Shown here piece by piece: positions 35,801-41,327 of a stretch of 43,284 nt of DNA. The position numbers and the translations under genes are program-made. This DNA is from Planctomyces sp. Its GTDB lineage: Bacteria > Planctomycetota > Planctomycetia > Planctomycetales > Planctomycetaceae. A model generated the notes under the pieces. The model searched no databases. It saw nothing but the letters and a program-made list of their open reading frames with translations, and was not told the origin of the DNA. Numbering within the stretch: position 1 is the stretch's first letter; each line of letters starts with the position of its first letter. The DNA lies in contig JANNDA010001144.1 of the NCBI GenBank assembly GCA_031387195.1, forward strand, positions 1-43,284, in the 5' to 3' direction.

Positions 35801-38800
35801 TTCAAGCCACGCGACAACAGCGTCGTCCGCACGCTCGGTCCCGTCGCAGTCAGCGTGGTCGTGCTGCCGACTCCAACCGTGACCGTCGTGATCAATGACT
35901 GTTCTAAGTCGGTCGGATAATGAATCGGAATCGTCGCATCCGCTCTGCCGGAGAAGATTGTTGATGTCCCTGCTGGTGCTTGCGCGAACGTCTGGCGGTT
36001 GTTTGAGCCGCCGCTGAGCGTGACCGCGTAACTGGCGGGGGTCGTGCTCGCACCAGCTCCGTCGCTGTCGAGACGGTAAGTCCCGCCGATGATCTCCACG
36101 CTTCGCGCACCGAATAGCGCTTGGAACGAAAGGTCCGTCTGCTGAGCACTCACGTTGAAATTCATCGTCGTTGCGTTACGCACGAACCCGGCGTGACTGC
36201 TCGCGAGATCGACCCCTAACTTCAGGTTGAGCGTCCCCACCGTCGTGACGTTCACGAGTCGCGTGTTGTTCAAATCGATGATCGCACCAATTGTGTCGAG
36301 ACCGAGCGCCGCCAGATCGACTCCCGTCAGCGCGGCCAAGTCGAGATGGAAGCGCTGCAACGAAGTCTGCGACGGGCTGTAGGTGAGATCGAGCTGCAAC
36401 GCCTCGGTTCCCGAAGTGCCGTCGTGAGTCAGTTCGACGTTCGTGAAGCCGAGCGCTATGAGCGTGCTCTTCAATACTTGCAACGATCGCGGCGGGTTGA
36501 GATTCAGCGCGGCGGCGATCACTTTGAATCGCTCGCCGAACGGGAGCAATTGCCCCAAGCTGCGATTGAGGCCCGTCAACGGCTTCGACAACTCCGGGTC
36601 ACTGTCTTGCAGGCCGACGAGATAATCGCCGGTCTGATCCAACAGCGTGAGGACTTGCGGGATCGTCAGTGTTTGCACGTCGTTTAGGAAGTCGATCGTC
36701 GTGTTCGATCCCGTGAACGAGAGCGTCGGAGCGGTCCCCGAATCGAAGGCGTTCGCGATGTTGATGCTCAACGGAGCGGTCGCCGACAGCCCGCCGAATG
36801 CCGACGTGATCGTGACCGGTGCGGTGATCGCGAAGGCTCCGGTCGGAGTCCCGTTGATGATCTTGGTCACATCGGCAAGACCTTCGAGCAATTCTCGCAA
36901 ACTCGCGAAGCCGTCCGCCGCATCGGTCCCCGCATCGGCGAACGACATGTTGAAGACCGCGCTGCCGGACGCGCTGCCGCCGCTGATCGCGACATCAACC
37001 GGTCCCCACAACCCGGTCGCCGCAAGATTTGTCGTACTCACCGCGACCGATGAGGACAGCGTCGCGCCACGGAATCCGGCATGAGCCGTGGGCACATCGC
37101 CGTCCAACGGGCTCCCGTCGATCAAACGAGTCTGGCTGCTGACGCCGATGTACCGGAGGTTCGTGCTCGCGGAGTCCTGACCAAGATTCGATGCGTCAGT
37201 CAGACCGAGAACCGTTGCCGCCGTGGAACCGCTGAGGTTCGTCACCGCGAACGTTCCGCCGCCGGTCGTGTAATCCAACAGCGACGGGTTGTCGGAACCG
37301 GTCGGCAAGCCGGTCTTGAACTTCGTTTGGTTCACTCCGAGTGCCGTGTTCGCCGTGCTTTGTATGCGGGCGATCAAGTCGCTGACCGTTGTCCCGGCTC
37401 CGTCGAGATCCACGTCGAAAGTGCTGCCGTCCTGCAACGTGATCTTGATGTCGTTGCCCGATGTCGTCCCGAATCCGGCTGTTCGAGTCAGCGACGAGAT
37501 CAACGTGGAATTCGTCACCACCGGTGCGTCACCGGTCGGAGTCAGCCCCAGCGCGATGCGCGCGAACGAATCGTTCAATGCCACGACTTCAAAGTCGCTC
37601 GACCCATTCGTGCCGTCAATCAGTAGCAGTCCCGTGTGACTCTCGTTGATACGAACCTCGAACTGCGCTGTCGTCAGCGAGGCCGTTGTCGCAGCAGTTT
37701 GAATCTTCTGCATGAGATGACCGAGCGTCACGAGCGACGCCTCGGCGAACAGCGTGAGCTCGCCGTCGAGCACTTCCGTCGCAGGCGAGCCGAGACTCAA
37801 TCCGCCAGGCGACGTGACCGCGAACGTCGCGCCGCCGGTGCTGCTATCAATCAAAATCAACGAACCGCGAGCCGCGTTGATCTTGGCGCTGAAGCCCGTC
37901 CCGGTCGGGTTGGCCACGTCATAAGCGGCGTTCAAAGCGGCGACCAGATCCGCCAGTGTCTTCGTGCCGATCGTACCCAGGTCAGCACCGAAGCTCGTTC
38001 CGTCTTTCAGAGTCACCGTGACGTCGTCACCCGCAACGGTCGTGAAGCCCAGCGTCGAAAGGAACGTCGTGGAAGGATCGTGGTCGAGGTTCACGACGAA
38101 GTTTGTGCCGTTGCTCAGATTGATTTGGATGTCATCTTTCCCAGCGATTGTCTCAACGCCGCGACCTCGGTTGAGGTCGCTCACCTTAAAACTCGAAGTC
38201 GTGCCAGAACCGAGATTGAATCCGTTGTGAAGCGCCGCCAGTTCAATCTCAAACGGCAGCGTCAACGTGCCCGACGGAGTCAGCGTCACGGAACCGCCTG
38301 TCGTGGCCACACCGTTGAGCGCACCCGTGCTGAACAACGCCGCCGCTTCCGTCAGCGCGTCGCCGCTTCCGCCGAGTGTGACTGCGGCGGTGAACTTCAG
38401 CGTCGGCGTTCCGGACGTGGCGTAATCGAAACCACTCACCGTCACGTTGGCACCCGCATCAGCCAGTGACACGAACTGCTGAATGCTGCGGAAGCTCGGC
38501 CCCTTGAAGCCGATGCTCTGCGCGACGATCAGCGGCGCGGTGAGGTAAGGACCGGCGCTCGCGTTGATCTTCAAGTCGGTCAGTGCCAGCGAACTGTTCA
38601 ACGCGGACACGCTCGCATTGATCGGCGAGTTACCCGTCTTATCGAGAATCACAAGCCGGTAGTTGGTCGTGTCGAAGCTGACTTCCCACTTGTTGGGTGC
38701 GACGCTGATCGGCGCGGAGTCTTTGATTTTCCGGATCAGATTCGCGAGCGTCGTGTTGGCATCGAGCGAACTCTGGGCCGTGCTGGAATTGAGATCGACG

Positions 38801-40971
38801 TCGAAGGTTGTCGGTCCGATCGTGATTCGGAGGTCGTTCCCCGCAACGGTTCTGACTCCCGTTCCGCTGTTGAGATCGCGGGCGAGCGTGTTTTCATCAA
38901 GCTGCCGCGTCCCCTCAGCGAGCAGATCGAGGTCGCGAGCCGCGAATGACTGATTCAACGCTTCGACCTTCAGAGTCCCTCCGCCGCCCGTCCGATCCGA
39001 AAGGGCGAGCGCACCGCTGCGTGGATCAATGCGGGCCTCGAACGTCCCGTTGGCCGCTGATCCCGACGCCGTTTGAATCTTGCTGATGACTTGCCCCAGA
39101 GTGGTGTCGGACGAAGTCAGATCGACGTTGAACATCGTCCCGTTGCTGAGCGTCACCTTGAAGTCATCGCCCGCCACGAACCGTAGTCCGCCGCCGTTGT
39201 TGAGCGAACTGACGAGCGTGCTGGTCGTCAGCGATTGTGTTTGCACGAGGCTCAAGAAATTCTCAGAGAACTCGCGCTTGAGATTCAGCATGTCGCCGAA
39301 GGTCGTCCCGGAAGCACTCAGCGGAATCGCGAAGCTCAACGCCTTGCTGTCGAACACGCCCAGGAAGTCGGCGAACCCCGAAAAGTGCGCGAGCATCTCA
39401 CTGGCGCTGACGAGCGAGAACGTCTTAATTCCAGCAGCCGTGAAGTTGTCCGAAGCGGTCAACGTGGGCGAGGCAAACAAATCAAACGTCGCACCAGAAT
39501 TCAGACTGGCCAGTGCATGGAGGCCGCTCGGCAATGTCACGGTGACGCCGCTCACCGTCGTCGTTCCATCGAGATTGACCGAGGCATTCGCGGTCCCGGT
39601 CTGCGTGAGCGTTGTCACATCCAGGCTTAGCAAAGCCGACGTCGCCGTCCCGTTGATGCTGTTGGTATTCACCGTGACGTCGGCGTTCAACGTCAGCGCT
39701 GTCGGGCTCGCAAAGTTGAGTCCCAAAAATCCGGAGTTGCCGACGAAGCTCGTCTGATTCAGATCCGCCCCGAACAGCAGGTTGCTCAGCGAGGTCGCCG
39801 TGAACGCGCCCGCCGCCGTTTCGGCCGCTCGCAGCGACCATTGCACGCGTGTCGCGAGATCACCGCGCAACGAATCGACGTTCACCAGCTTTTCAATGTC
39901 CGCTCCCAGCGACAGATCAACGCTCAATGTCGTCTGCACATCGAGCGTGATGTCGAGCGTCACGTCGCCGCTCGCCGTTGTTACCCCGGTCGCACTGACT
40001 CCGGCAATCTGATTGAGCGAGATGAGTGTCTGATACAACGTCGCGCCGCCGGCAAGGCCGTTGATCGTGTCTGCGAGCTTGCTCCTGAGCATCCCGCCCA
40101 AATCGTAAACGTCGCCGATCGCCTGCCCATCGAGAATGAACAACGTCTGATCGAGCTTGCCCGTCGCTTCCAACCGATCGCCAACTCCCGCCACTTCGGT
40201 CAGCCCGTTGACGAGATTGGTCTTGTTCGCCGCCCCCGCCACGTTGAGCGACGTCAACGACGCCCCGTTGTCAATCAGCACATAATTCTTGCCGGCACCC
40301 TTCTTGACCGTCTGCACGTTCTCAACGGTGACCATCGTCGTCCAAACGGGGACCGACGCCGTTCCCGTGTTCTCCTCGATATCCACCTTGTTCACGCCGG
40401 TGACGTGAATCCGCAAGTCCGCCGTCCAAGCCGACAAGTCCAACGTGTTCGAGCCGCTCCCCGCGACAAACAACTCAACGTTATTCACCGTCTGCCGCAA
40501 CGTCCCCGCCGCACCGCCGCCGGTCACATCACTGACGGCGATCGACGTCCCCGCCGCGTTGAGCGAGAGATACTCGTTGCTACTAATCGCCGACAAATTG
40601 AGCGTGTCCGCAGTCCCCGCCCCACCATCAATCGTCGTCGAACTCGCTTGCGAATACGCCGAGACAGTGACGAGGTCATCCGCCCCCAATCCGTTCACCG
40701 CTAGCGTGTCAGCACTCGCCACACTCTGTGTCGCCCCGCCTATCAACGCGACCGAGCTACTCGTAATGACGAACGAGTCGGGACTCGCCGTACCGTTCGA
40801 AGTAATCGCCGCCAGCAACGTCCGGTCTTCCAGTCGTTCCATCACTGGGCTGAAAAAGTCCGCGTGCTCCAAAGTCCTTTTCTGAATCTGGAACCCCTGC
40901 TTCAACCCTCGACTACGACCGAACTGGCGACATCGACGCGGAATGGTCCCCAACCAATTAAATAGCATCAT
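23848..40971 (-). CDS. Giant (5,707 aa) mosaic extracellular protein: LEPR-XLL-like N-terminal leader, repeat-rich adhesin-like body, two RTX (hemolysin-type Ca-binding) blocks, Calx-beta/cadherin-like sandwiches, two PPC domains
   Basis: Single uninterrupted 17.1-kb ORF. The N-terminus is ...SPVMERLEDRTLLAA. GGxGxD nonapeptide runs occur centrally (GGAGNDTINGGDGLNLIRGFAGDDSITGGNDMDSIDGGVGADTIDG...) and at the C-terminus. DND...EGG sandwiches are present (VQINDNDQAGIIVTESGDGTAVIEGG). PPC-like segments are present (DTYLVTLKAGNTYTFDMDG...DDDSG). The acidic/hydrophobic tail is ...LSTLAEIDEAFTFDFSKLLV. Confidence 0.9.
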   Translation of the reverse strand: MMLFNWLGTIPRRCRQFGRSRGLKQGFQIQKRTLEHADFFSPVMERLEDRTLLAAITSNGTASPDSFVITSSSVALIGGATQSVASADTLAVNGLGADDLVTVSAYSQASSTTIDGGAGTADTLNLSAISSNEYLSLNAAGTSIAVSDVTGGGAAGTLRQTVNNVELFVAGSGSNTLDLSAWTADLRIHVTGVNKVDIEENTGTASVPVWTTMVTVENVQTVKKGAGKNYVLIDNGASLTSLNVAGAANKTNLVNGLTEVAGVGDRLEATGKLDQTLFILDGQAIGDVYDLGGMLRSKLADTINGLAGGATLYQTLISLNQIAGVSATGVTTASGDVTLDITLDVQTTLSVDLSLGADIEKLVNVDSLRGDLATRVQWSLRAAETAAGAFTATSLSNLLFGADLNQTSFVGNSGFLGLNFASPTALTLNADVTVNTNSINGTATSALLSLDVTTLTQTGTANASVNLDGTTTVSGVTVTLPSGLHALASLNSGATFDLFASPTLTASDNFTAAGIKTFSLVSASEMLAHFSGFADFLGVFDSKALSFAIPLSASGTTFGDMLNLKREFSENFLSLVQTQSLTTSTLVSSLNNGGGLRFVAGDDFKVTLSNGTMFNVDLTSSDTTLGQVISKIQTASGSAANGTFEARIDPRSGALALSDRTGGGGTLKVEALNQSFAARDLDLLAEGTRQLDENTLARDLNSGTGVRTVAGNDLRITIGPTTFDVDLNSSTAQSSLDANTTLANLIRKIKDSAPISVAPNKWEVSFDTTNYRLVILDKTGNSPINASVSALNSSLALTDLKINASAGPYLTAPLIVAQSIGFKGPSFRSIQQFVSLADAGANVTVSGFDYATSGTPTLKFTAAVTLGGSGDALTEAAALFSTGALNGVATTGGSVTLTPSGTLTLPFEIELAALHNGFNLGSGTTSSFKVSDLNRGRGVETIAGKDDIQINLSNGTNFVVNLDHDPSTTFLSTLGFTTVAGDDVTVTLKDGTSFGADLGTIGTKTLADLVAALNAAYDVANPTGTGFSAKINAARGSLILIDSSTGGATFAVTSPGGLSLGSPATEVLDGELTLFAEASLVTLGHLMQKIQTAATTASLTTAQFEVRINESHTGLLLIDGTNGSSDFEVVALNDSFARIALGLTPTGDAPVVTNSTLISSLTRTAGFGTTSGNDIKITLQDGSTFDVDLDGAGTTVSDLIARIQSTANTALGVNQTKFKTGLPTGSDNPSLLDYTTGGGTFAVTNLSGSTAATVLGLTDASNLGQDSASTNLRYIGVSSQTRLIDGSPLDGDVPTAHAGFRGATLSSSVAVSTTNLAATGLWGPVDVAISGGSASGSAVFNMSFADAGTDAADGFASLRELLEGLADVTKIINGTPTGAFAITAPVTITSAFGGLSATAPLSINIANAFDSGTAPTLSFTGSNTTIDFLNDVQTLTIPQVLTLLDQTGDYLVGLQDSDPELSKPLTGLNRSLGQLLPFGERFKVIAAALNLNPPRSLQVLKSTLIALGFTNVELTHDGTSGTEALQLDLTYSPSQTSLQRFHLDLAALTGVDLAALGLDTIGAIIDLNNTRLVNVTTVGTLNLKLGVDLASSHAGFVRNATTMNFNVSAQQTDLSFQALFGARSVEIIGGTYRLDSDGAGASTTPASYAVTLSGGSNNRQTFAQAPAGTSTIFSGRADATIPIHYPTDLEQSLITTVTVGVGSTTTLTATGPSVRTTLLSRGLNGNIQGLRSGFQELFRLLDFAFDAAIFSRELPFVGTQLMQAADLFTQIRDKVGDNFDFVHGILTPDKAKQAIFDAFGPGGLNWLQDKNGDTFVNLEDIVVVNMPNDVLFDMNLAVASRLLPIPTDIDLILPGLGLKIDGQSQVRLGFTMPLKFGISVADGVYLDQSTINGLAIKLDVALPTPDPAVGHLKGTLGTLPYQITQIGANTGLHGDFAFRLNDTDANGKLKLSELIGSLGAAARPTVPQVQTAARGIILGGFTSTNAAHTANDSLTINLQLKTDLPPGTALPTYRTDLTIGNWSFTSVINSTTTSHTEIKPTISFDHTQFELVSFVKDFMGAALTRLETAMDPMDAIVYLLTNEAFPIISLVLGRSPYTSANSFGGGVQVGDYAGAAEAISRIVLGENNSGSNIDAFIRGGGFGSGSKAWLVGAPGNLLDTWAPVPWELLYRADFGWSSQSFGGMPERLQYVKALSTLAGTAWIDIGNTTLTDFMIDGTAARTSPVNLQPINVNAKPFGAPSTSESINADTIFAQVRRLAGNAATDEHIHDAALDFIATQMLAGRGKFEGFFGGGVNVLINVFGGGGGFNPIELPILNDPTNHNAAQSFHLLFGDAKLGNPANVLKDTNLLKFHTPELFLYLYQQIPIPPKKAAEKVLDDSGGTIYKAVTAFGVDFVPYVVVAFEARADFEVAFDTTGLDRYNHTRNPADLVNGFYFNDAEGLAKNGPGSIKAVGSNSDPDEAKIVGGIGLGVKIVFNVSIIKLEIGVEAIVFFGQVWNLHDTDNSDLENRIRAQEFDLNTDNSVYDRSFVIEVRADVYVKLSIGISIFRLTIIDIRFNLFTIEFDIPYIGQDFDDLTNLYTTVAGGVLTLDLSGGGTNKVFYIGAGDRAGEVWLSAFGNSQFFRDVTSIVGTSGAGADQFFVSPALTVPVTIHAGEGDDKLIVLSRRTRDTAVGAPVYFYGEGGNDTLTGGRVGSLLDGGTANDLIEGGAGNDTINGGDGLNLIRGFAGDDSITGGNDMDSIDGGVGADTIDGSVGADTIDGNADNDLILGGEGADMLSGGDGRDTIRGGAGDDVIFGELGSDYVYGDEGADTLFGAQNDDYLSGGAGNDRLDGEGASDEIYGDNGLTGAQVPDEGKVPFNKDVIISGEGNDTLNGQQDSDTYLITYHGGKSSSVITVLDTGSEVGTDIFQVTGTVNSDKILLRASTDGGSAFVALLNDDLNAEVIHYIGVERIAINGSFGNDTFVSDDTSAEVVLNGDDGDDTFQIGQIFRSQRTHDFANVAIADEFATIETTRGFLSNGVSAPMTINGGAGSDTFTVYHNLAVLTLNGDEGNDNFQIKAFALVGSEDSKRARTDISGGAGGDLIQYAVNAPVNIDGGDGFDSLIAIGTEFGDDFVITENGVFGAGLNVHFANIESLKIDGAEGDDRFFVQSTSPTFATEILGGLGNDTFNMSGATPPVDSNDLLGHSGIVTHGVESVDPRYDAQKLYGISANVADNDEPGVVIRQSDGATIIAEGGQTDQYTVVLTHQPTTDILVKALAPLMTEKQRELRTRAFSVSSPAPGAINSADGTSVALRFTRDNWFIPQTVTVGATSQVFTDAAGLLTRPELGDSPTFAYDDNSDEGVRFGVINHIVVADVRSVSGQMTAATNVTSVSKATQVLLEITSTPTGTYTLTIDSIPVTASAGGDVSATLDAIKTAVNNAQQAASSSSPLQDVTARRMIQSTITVSGPITPGKQYQIKLGEQLVTYTVPDSGVSSVAQVASGLALAINAANLTRVTADDRADNGTLVVLAPSTTTITDPLNVTASTPIQLLQLSAEDGNLLTDDSTNFSVTGAGARFNVDGSAGATTTLVQDTTNLNDSLIGRKLTITGGPGAGQQRFVTGISGGSIVTVDRPWNIDDSPTKESSYLIRIDDALVGRPSTSSTGTTFTDTARTTLFPTAGEGLRGRILQVVGGPGGGQQRLILSNTATTLTLNGNITVSTASVYRIELFDGLAVPGVSVQINDNDQAGIIVTESGDGTAVIEGGDGNQTGERDTLTIQLTKTPSGTVTVALSNPDGQLSPSASSLSFSSTAPQTVTLSAAQDIVREGEHTGLLNFGLSGGNADLAVPTTVNFAPVRPTFYVGLPQTPDATPAVTVTVNLVARDPSRFAVVGNKIVFLQAVPDALAEGKFEAVTGSIAVSYTYTIDGFAAAVTNPVLVRINDDDAPTVLVRETGGSTDVVEGGAQIVTLNVTGGTFVTDSLVGRTITLTSGTGAIQSAKGGVTPTTSATVISNTNNTVTVFHQWTVLPDSTTTFTISTPPSPASISVPGSRSGEISVAAERDTYLVTLKAGNTYTFDMDGSDSGQGTLRDTFLRLFDSNLTQVASDDDSGPGLSSHLVYTPTADGTFTLNAGSYIDATTGTYRLNTSVAGEIPASTATGASLVLPGSANGNVDSSGDQDWFRISMEVGFTYTFDLNGNSLTDPMLRLIGTNGSTELAFNDDYFGLQSRIIYTPTVTGTYYLAATGYSTRTGTYMLSGTISPTPFQIATITTQNMSSDTYDVVLTAEPTHPVIVIVTPEMTVTTRTGGIRHEAVQVTVSSSDSRVTNNGDGTLTVTFSAGDWDRPVVVTTTAIDDNFVDGGDKQVFAPHPNTLSRILGPLTVNGGGDEGSLNVNSALVLPGETNINASTGNVVGFVDATHMTVTTANLQTYLGSGVLLATLVGKTLTVTQAINNTALDQFRLILAQAAGTVAGTTVLTLNDSFDLGAGLRSDITKYAITTQSVNFFADEEQSIDTIFVHDEDSPADSSGVLTANTITGFHMGPDNVDGVVLHGQFKTYGITFNQLEVVDLNLGRGFNNLKVLGTPTRSDGYQAWTFAHTGDDQPDPNQPNITGDNVTIRLNAVESITQDDAVLHPLFSSASNLVDGRSQITFTGSPFAGLDLRGQVFRADNDEELRIVSHTNNVLTLLGNWDSLPTGAMTLQVVKLADGRFALDAGGGNDVVDASGSTLPLFLFGGAGNDSITGGLGNDVIFGDMGRVDFFGDADTNGNRPIVTRLGFAPDPITALATGPFTNQSTLNDSAANFPVPDGNDIGLVGLYVSINNGTGFTQEPRLITGNTTTSLTVSPNWSIPLDATSRYRISTTPENQTDGRVHTDFLAISVSATIGGNDTISSGLGRDVIFGGSGADNIATSASMADAVILGDNGSANYIGGVLTHIQTSDAAHGGNDTITSTAGREVIFGGSGADTINVSASSADVVILGDNGSADFTGSVLTHVQTNSVAFGGNDTITSIAGQNVIFGGSGGDTINATGSTSKAVIVGDHGTANFSGGLLTNIATSDTTSGGNDDITGGTSLDFLIGGFGNDTIRGAGDTDRIVGDNAVMTFVSGLFFSLTQSNPAGTFGNDSLFGGLADDTINGGSGNDTLTGDEGNDRLLGELGDDFYVFAACNIAEIDTVIELTGEGTDWLDFSALPDTINVLVDLTKDNALGTHLNRTVITGAAGQAVNVENAIGGAGQDTFLGSVANNRFEGRNGQDTFTGAAGSDTIVGGQGDDIYLFFNASVLETDVVIEMANEGIDLLDFRGLTPPAGVVVNLTSDIATATHRNRKLITGGAGQAANLENVFTTVGHDIITGNGANNRIETGNGNDKIYAGSGNDTVLAGTGNDTIDGGTGIDWIIDSTLSDFVLATNLIVGNGTDPLASIEHAELFGNSLKNKLDASRFTPGYVILHAGDGDDTLLGGAGSDLLEGGNGIDLVIQTSRFDQVLTPTLLTGNGSDTLSSIERANLIASNSLGNLIDASGFNGPVTLTGGTGPDRIRSSPVGGLISGGSGKDTIIGGAAADNINGGNDDDSISSGDGFDTISGGVGNDWLDGGIGADLITGGDGRDKIFGDTGSDTIDGGTGDDTISGGAGADSITGGSGNDIISGGDGSDFLDGQSGNDVLLGDDGSDTLRGGAGRDVCLGGDDNDNVDGGAERDTIAGGSGNDVLSTLAEIDEAFTFDFSKLLV
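23851..24400 (-). repeat. C-terminal RTX nonapeptide (GGxGxDxxx) block of the giant protein
   Basis: The stretch is GGSGKDTIIGGAAADNINGGNDDDSISSGDGFDTISGGVGNDWLDGGIGADLITGGDGRDKIFGDTGSDTIDGGTGDDTISGGAGADSITGGSGNDIISGGDGSDFLDGQSGNDVLLGDDGSDTLRGGAGRDVCLGGDDNDNVDGGAERDTIAGGSGND. The boundaries are approximate. Confidence 0.85.
25663..26370 (-). repeat. Four tandem 177-bp (59-aa) repeats inside the giant CDS
   Basis: The units start at 26370, 26193, 26016 and 25839. Examples are GGNDTISSGLGRDVIFGGSGADNIATSASMADAVILGDNGSANYIGGVLTHIQTSDAAH and GGNDTITSTAGREVIFGGSGADTINVSASSADVVILGDNGSADFTGSVLTHVQTNSVAF. The third unit is similar and the fourth is more diverged. Confidence 0.85.
28250..28890 (-). 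other. Two tandem bacterial pre-peptidase C-terminal (PPC)-like domains within the giant protein
   Basis: The first is SRSGEISVAAERDTYLVTLKAGNTYTFDMDGSDSGQGTLRDTFLRLFDSNLTQVASDDDSGPGLSSHLVYTPTADGTFTLNAGSY. The second is GNVDSSGDQDWFRISMEVGFTYTFDLNGNSLTDPMLRLIGTNGSTELAFNDDYFGLQSRIIYTPTVTGTYYLAATGY. Both fit the PPC pattern (D.D.Y.f....g....i.l......D..l.l.d..g......dD). The coordinates are approximate. Confidence 0.7.
32432..32935 (-). repeat. Central RTX nonapeptide block of the giant protein
   Basis: The stretch is GEGGNDTLTGGRVGSLLDGGTANDLIEGGAGNDTINGGDGLNLIRGFAGDDSITGGNDMDSIDGGVGADTIDGSVGADTIDGNADNDLILGGEGADMLSGGDGRDTIRGGAGDDVIFGELGSDYVYGDEGADTLFGAQNDDYLSGGAGNDRLDGEGASDEIYGDNG. The boundaries are approximate. 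Confidence 0.85.
37190..39230 (-). repeat. Array of about five ~100-aa modules resembling FliD / flagellin-hook-IN-type repeats within the giant protein
   Basis: The recurrent pattern is LNxGxGV..VAGxD..ITLxxGTxFxVDL....TLxxLIxKIQxA....FxAxI......LxLxDxTGGG..FxVxxLNxSxAAxxLGL. One example is SLNNGGGLRFVAGDDFKVTLSNGTMFNVDLTSSDTTLGQVISKIQTAS...FEARIDPRSGALALSDRTGGGGTLKVEALNQSFAARDLDL. Others start at LARDLNSGTGVRTVAGNDLRITIGPTTFDVDL, KVSDLNRGRGVETIAGKDDIQINLSNGTNFVVNL, TVAGDDVTVTLKDGTSFGADL and TSGNDIKITLQDGSTFDVDL. Confidence 0.6.
40807..40971 (-). other. N-terminal leader of the giant protein with a LEPR-XLL-like motif
   Basis: The sequence is MMLFNWLGTIPRRCRQFGRSRGLKQGFQIQKRTLEHADFFSPVMERLEDRTLLAA. 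It has a short hydrophobic patch, then an Arg/Lys-rich stretch, then LEDRTLL (codons at 40833-40813). Confidence 0.7.
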
Positions 40972-41327
40972 GAAGTGCGTTTCCTAAATTGGGAGCGTAT
41001 TCCCGGCGTTACAGATTCGACTTGACGCAGTTTTGAGAGGCTCGTTGCACGAATCACGAATAACTCGACAACCGGCAAAAGCTGCATGAGGGGAGGGAAA
41101 TCGTAATCTGGCAAAGTGGCGGGATGTATCCAGAATAGTGGAACATTGCCGATTATGGCGATTGGTCAGATAGAGAACTGACACACTTCTCGCCTCTAGT
41201 GCCTCGTCAAGACTTGAAACGTGGGTTGTGAGCGGCAAGGCGCGTTGGTGTGATGGTCATCGTGGCGGAGGTCGTGCTGCCGCTGTTGATGCCGAACACA
41301 AACTGCAAAATCGTCAGCCCCGGGAGA

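Noticed and set aside
40984-41238. 84-aa minus-strand ORF, and a shorter protein-like frame (…LTILQFVFGINSGSTTSATMTITPTRLAAHN…, ~41239-41327), in the spacer between the S51 gene and the giant gene
   Set aside because: The 84-aa ORF has no start context, no motif and odd composition. The short frame has no start codon and may at most be a relic of a longer S51 C-terminus. The spacer is more plausibly the promoter/5'-UTR of the giant gene.
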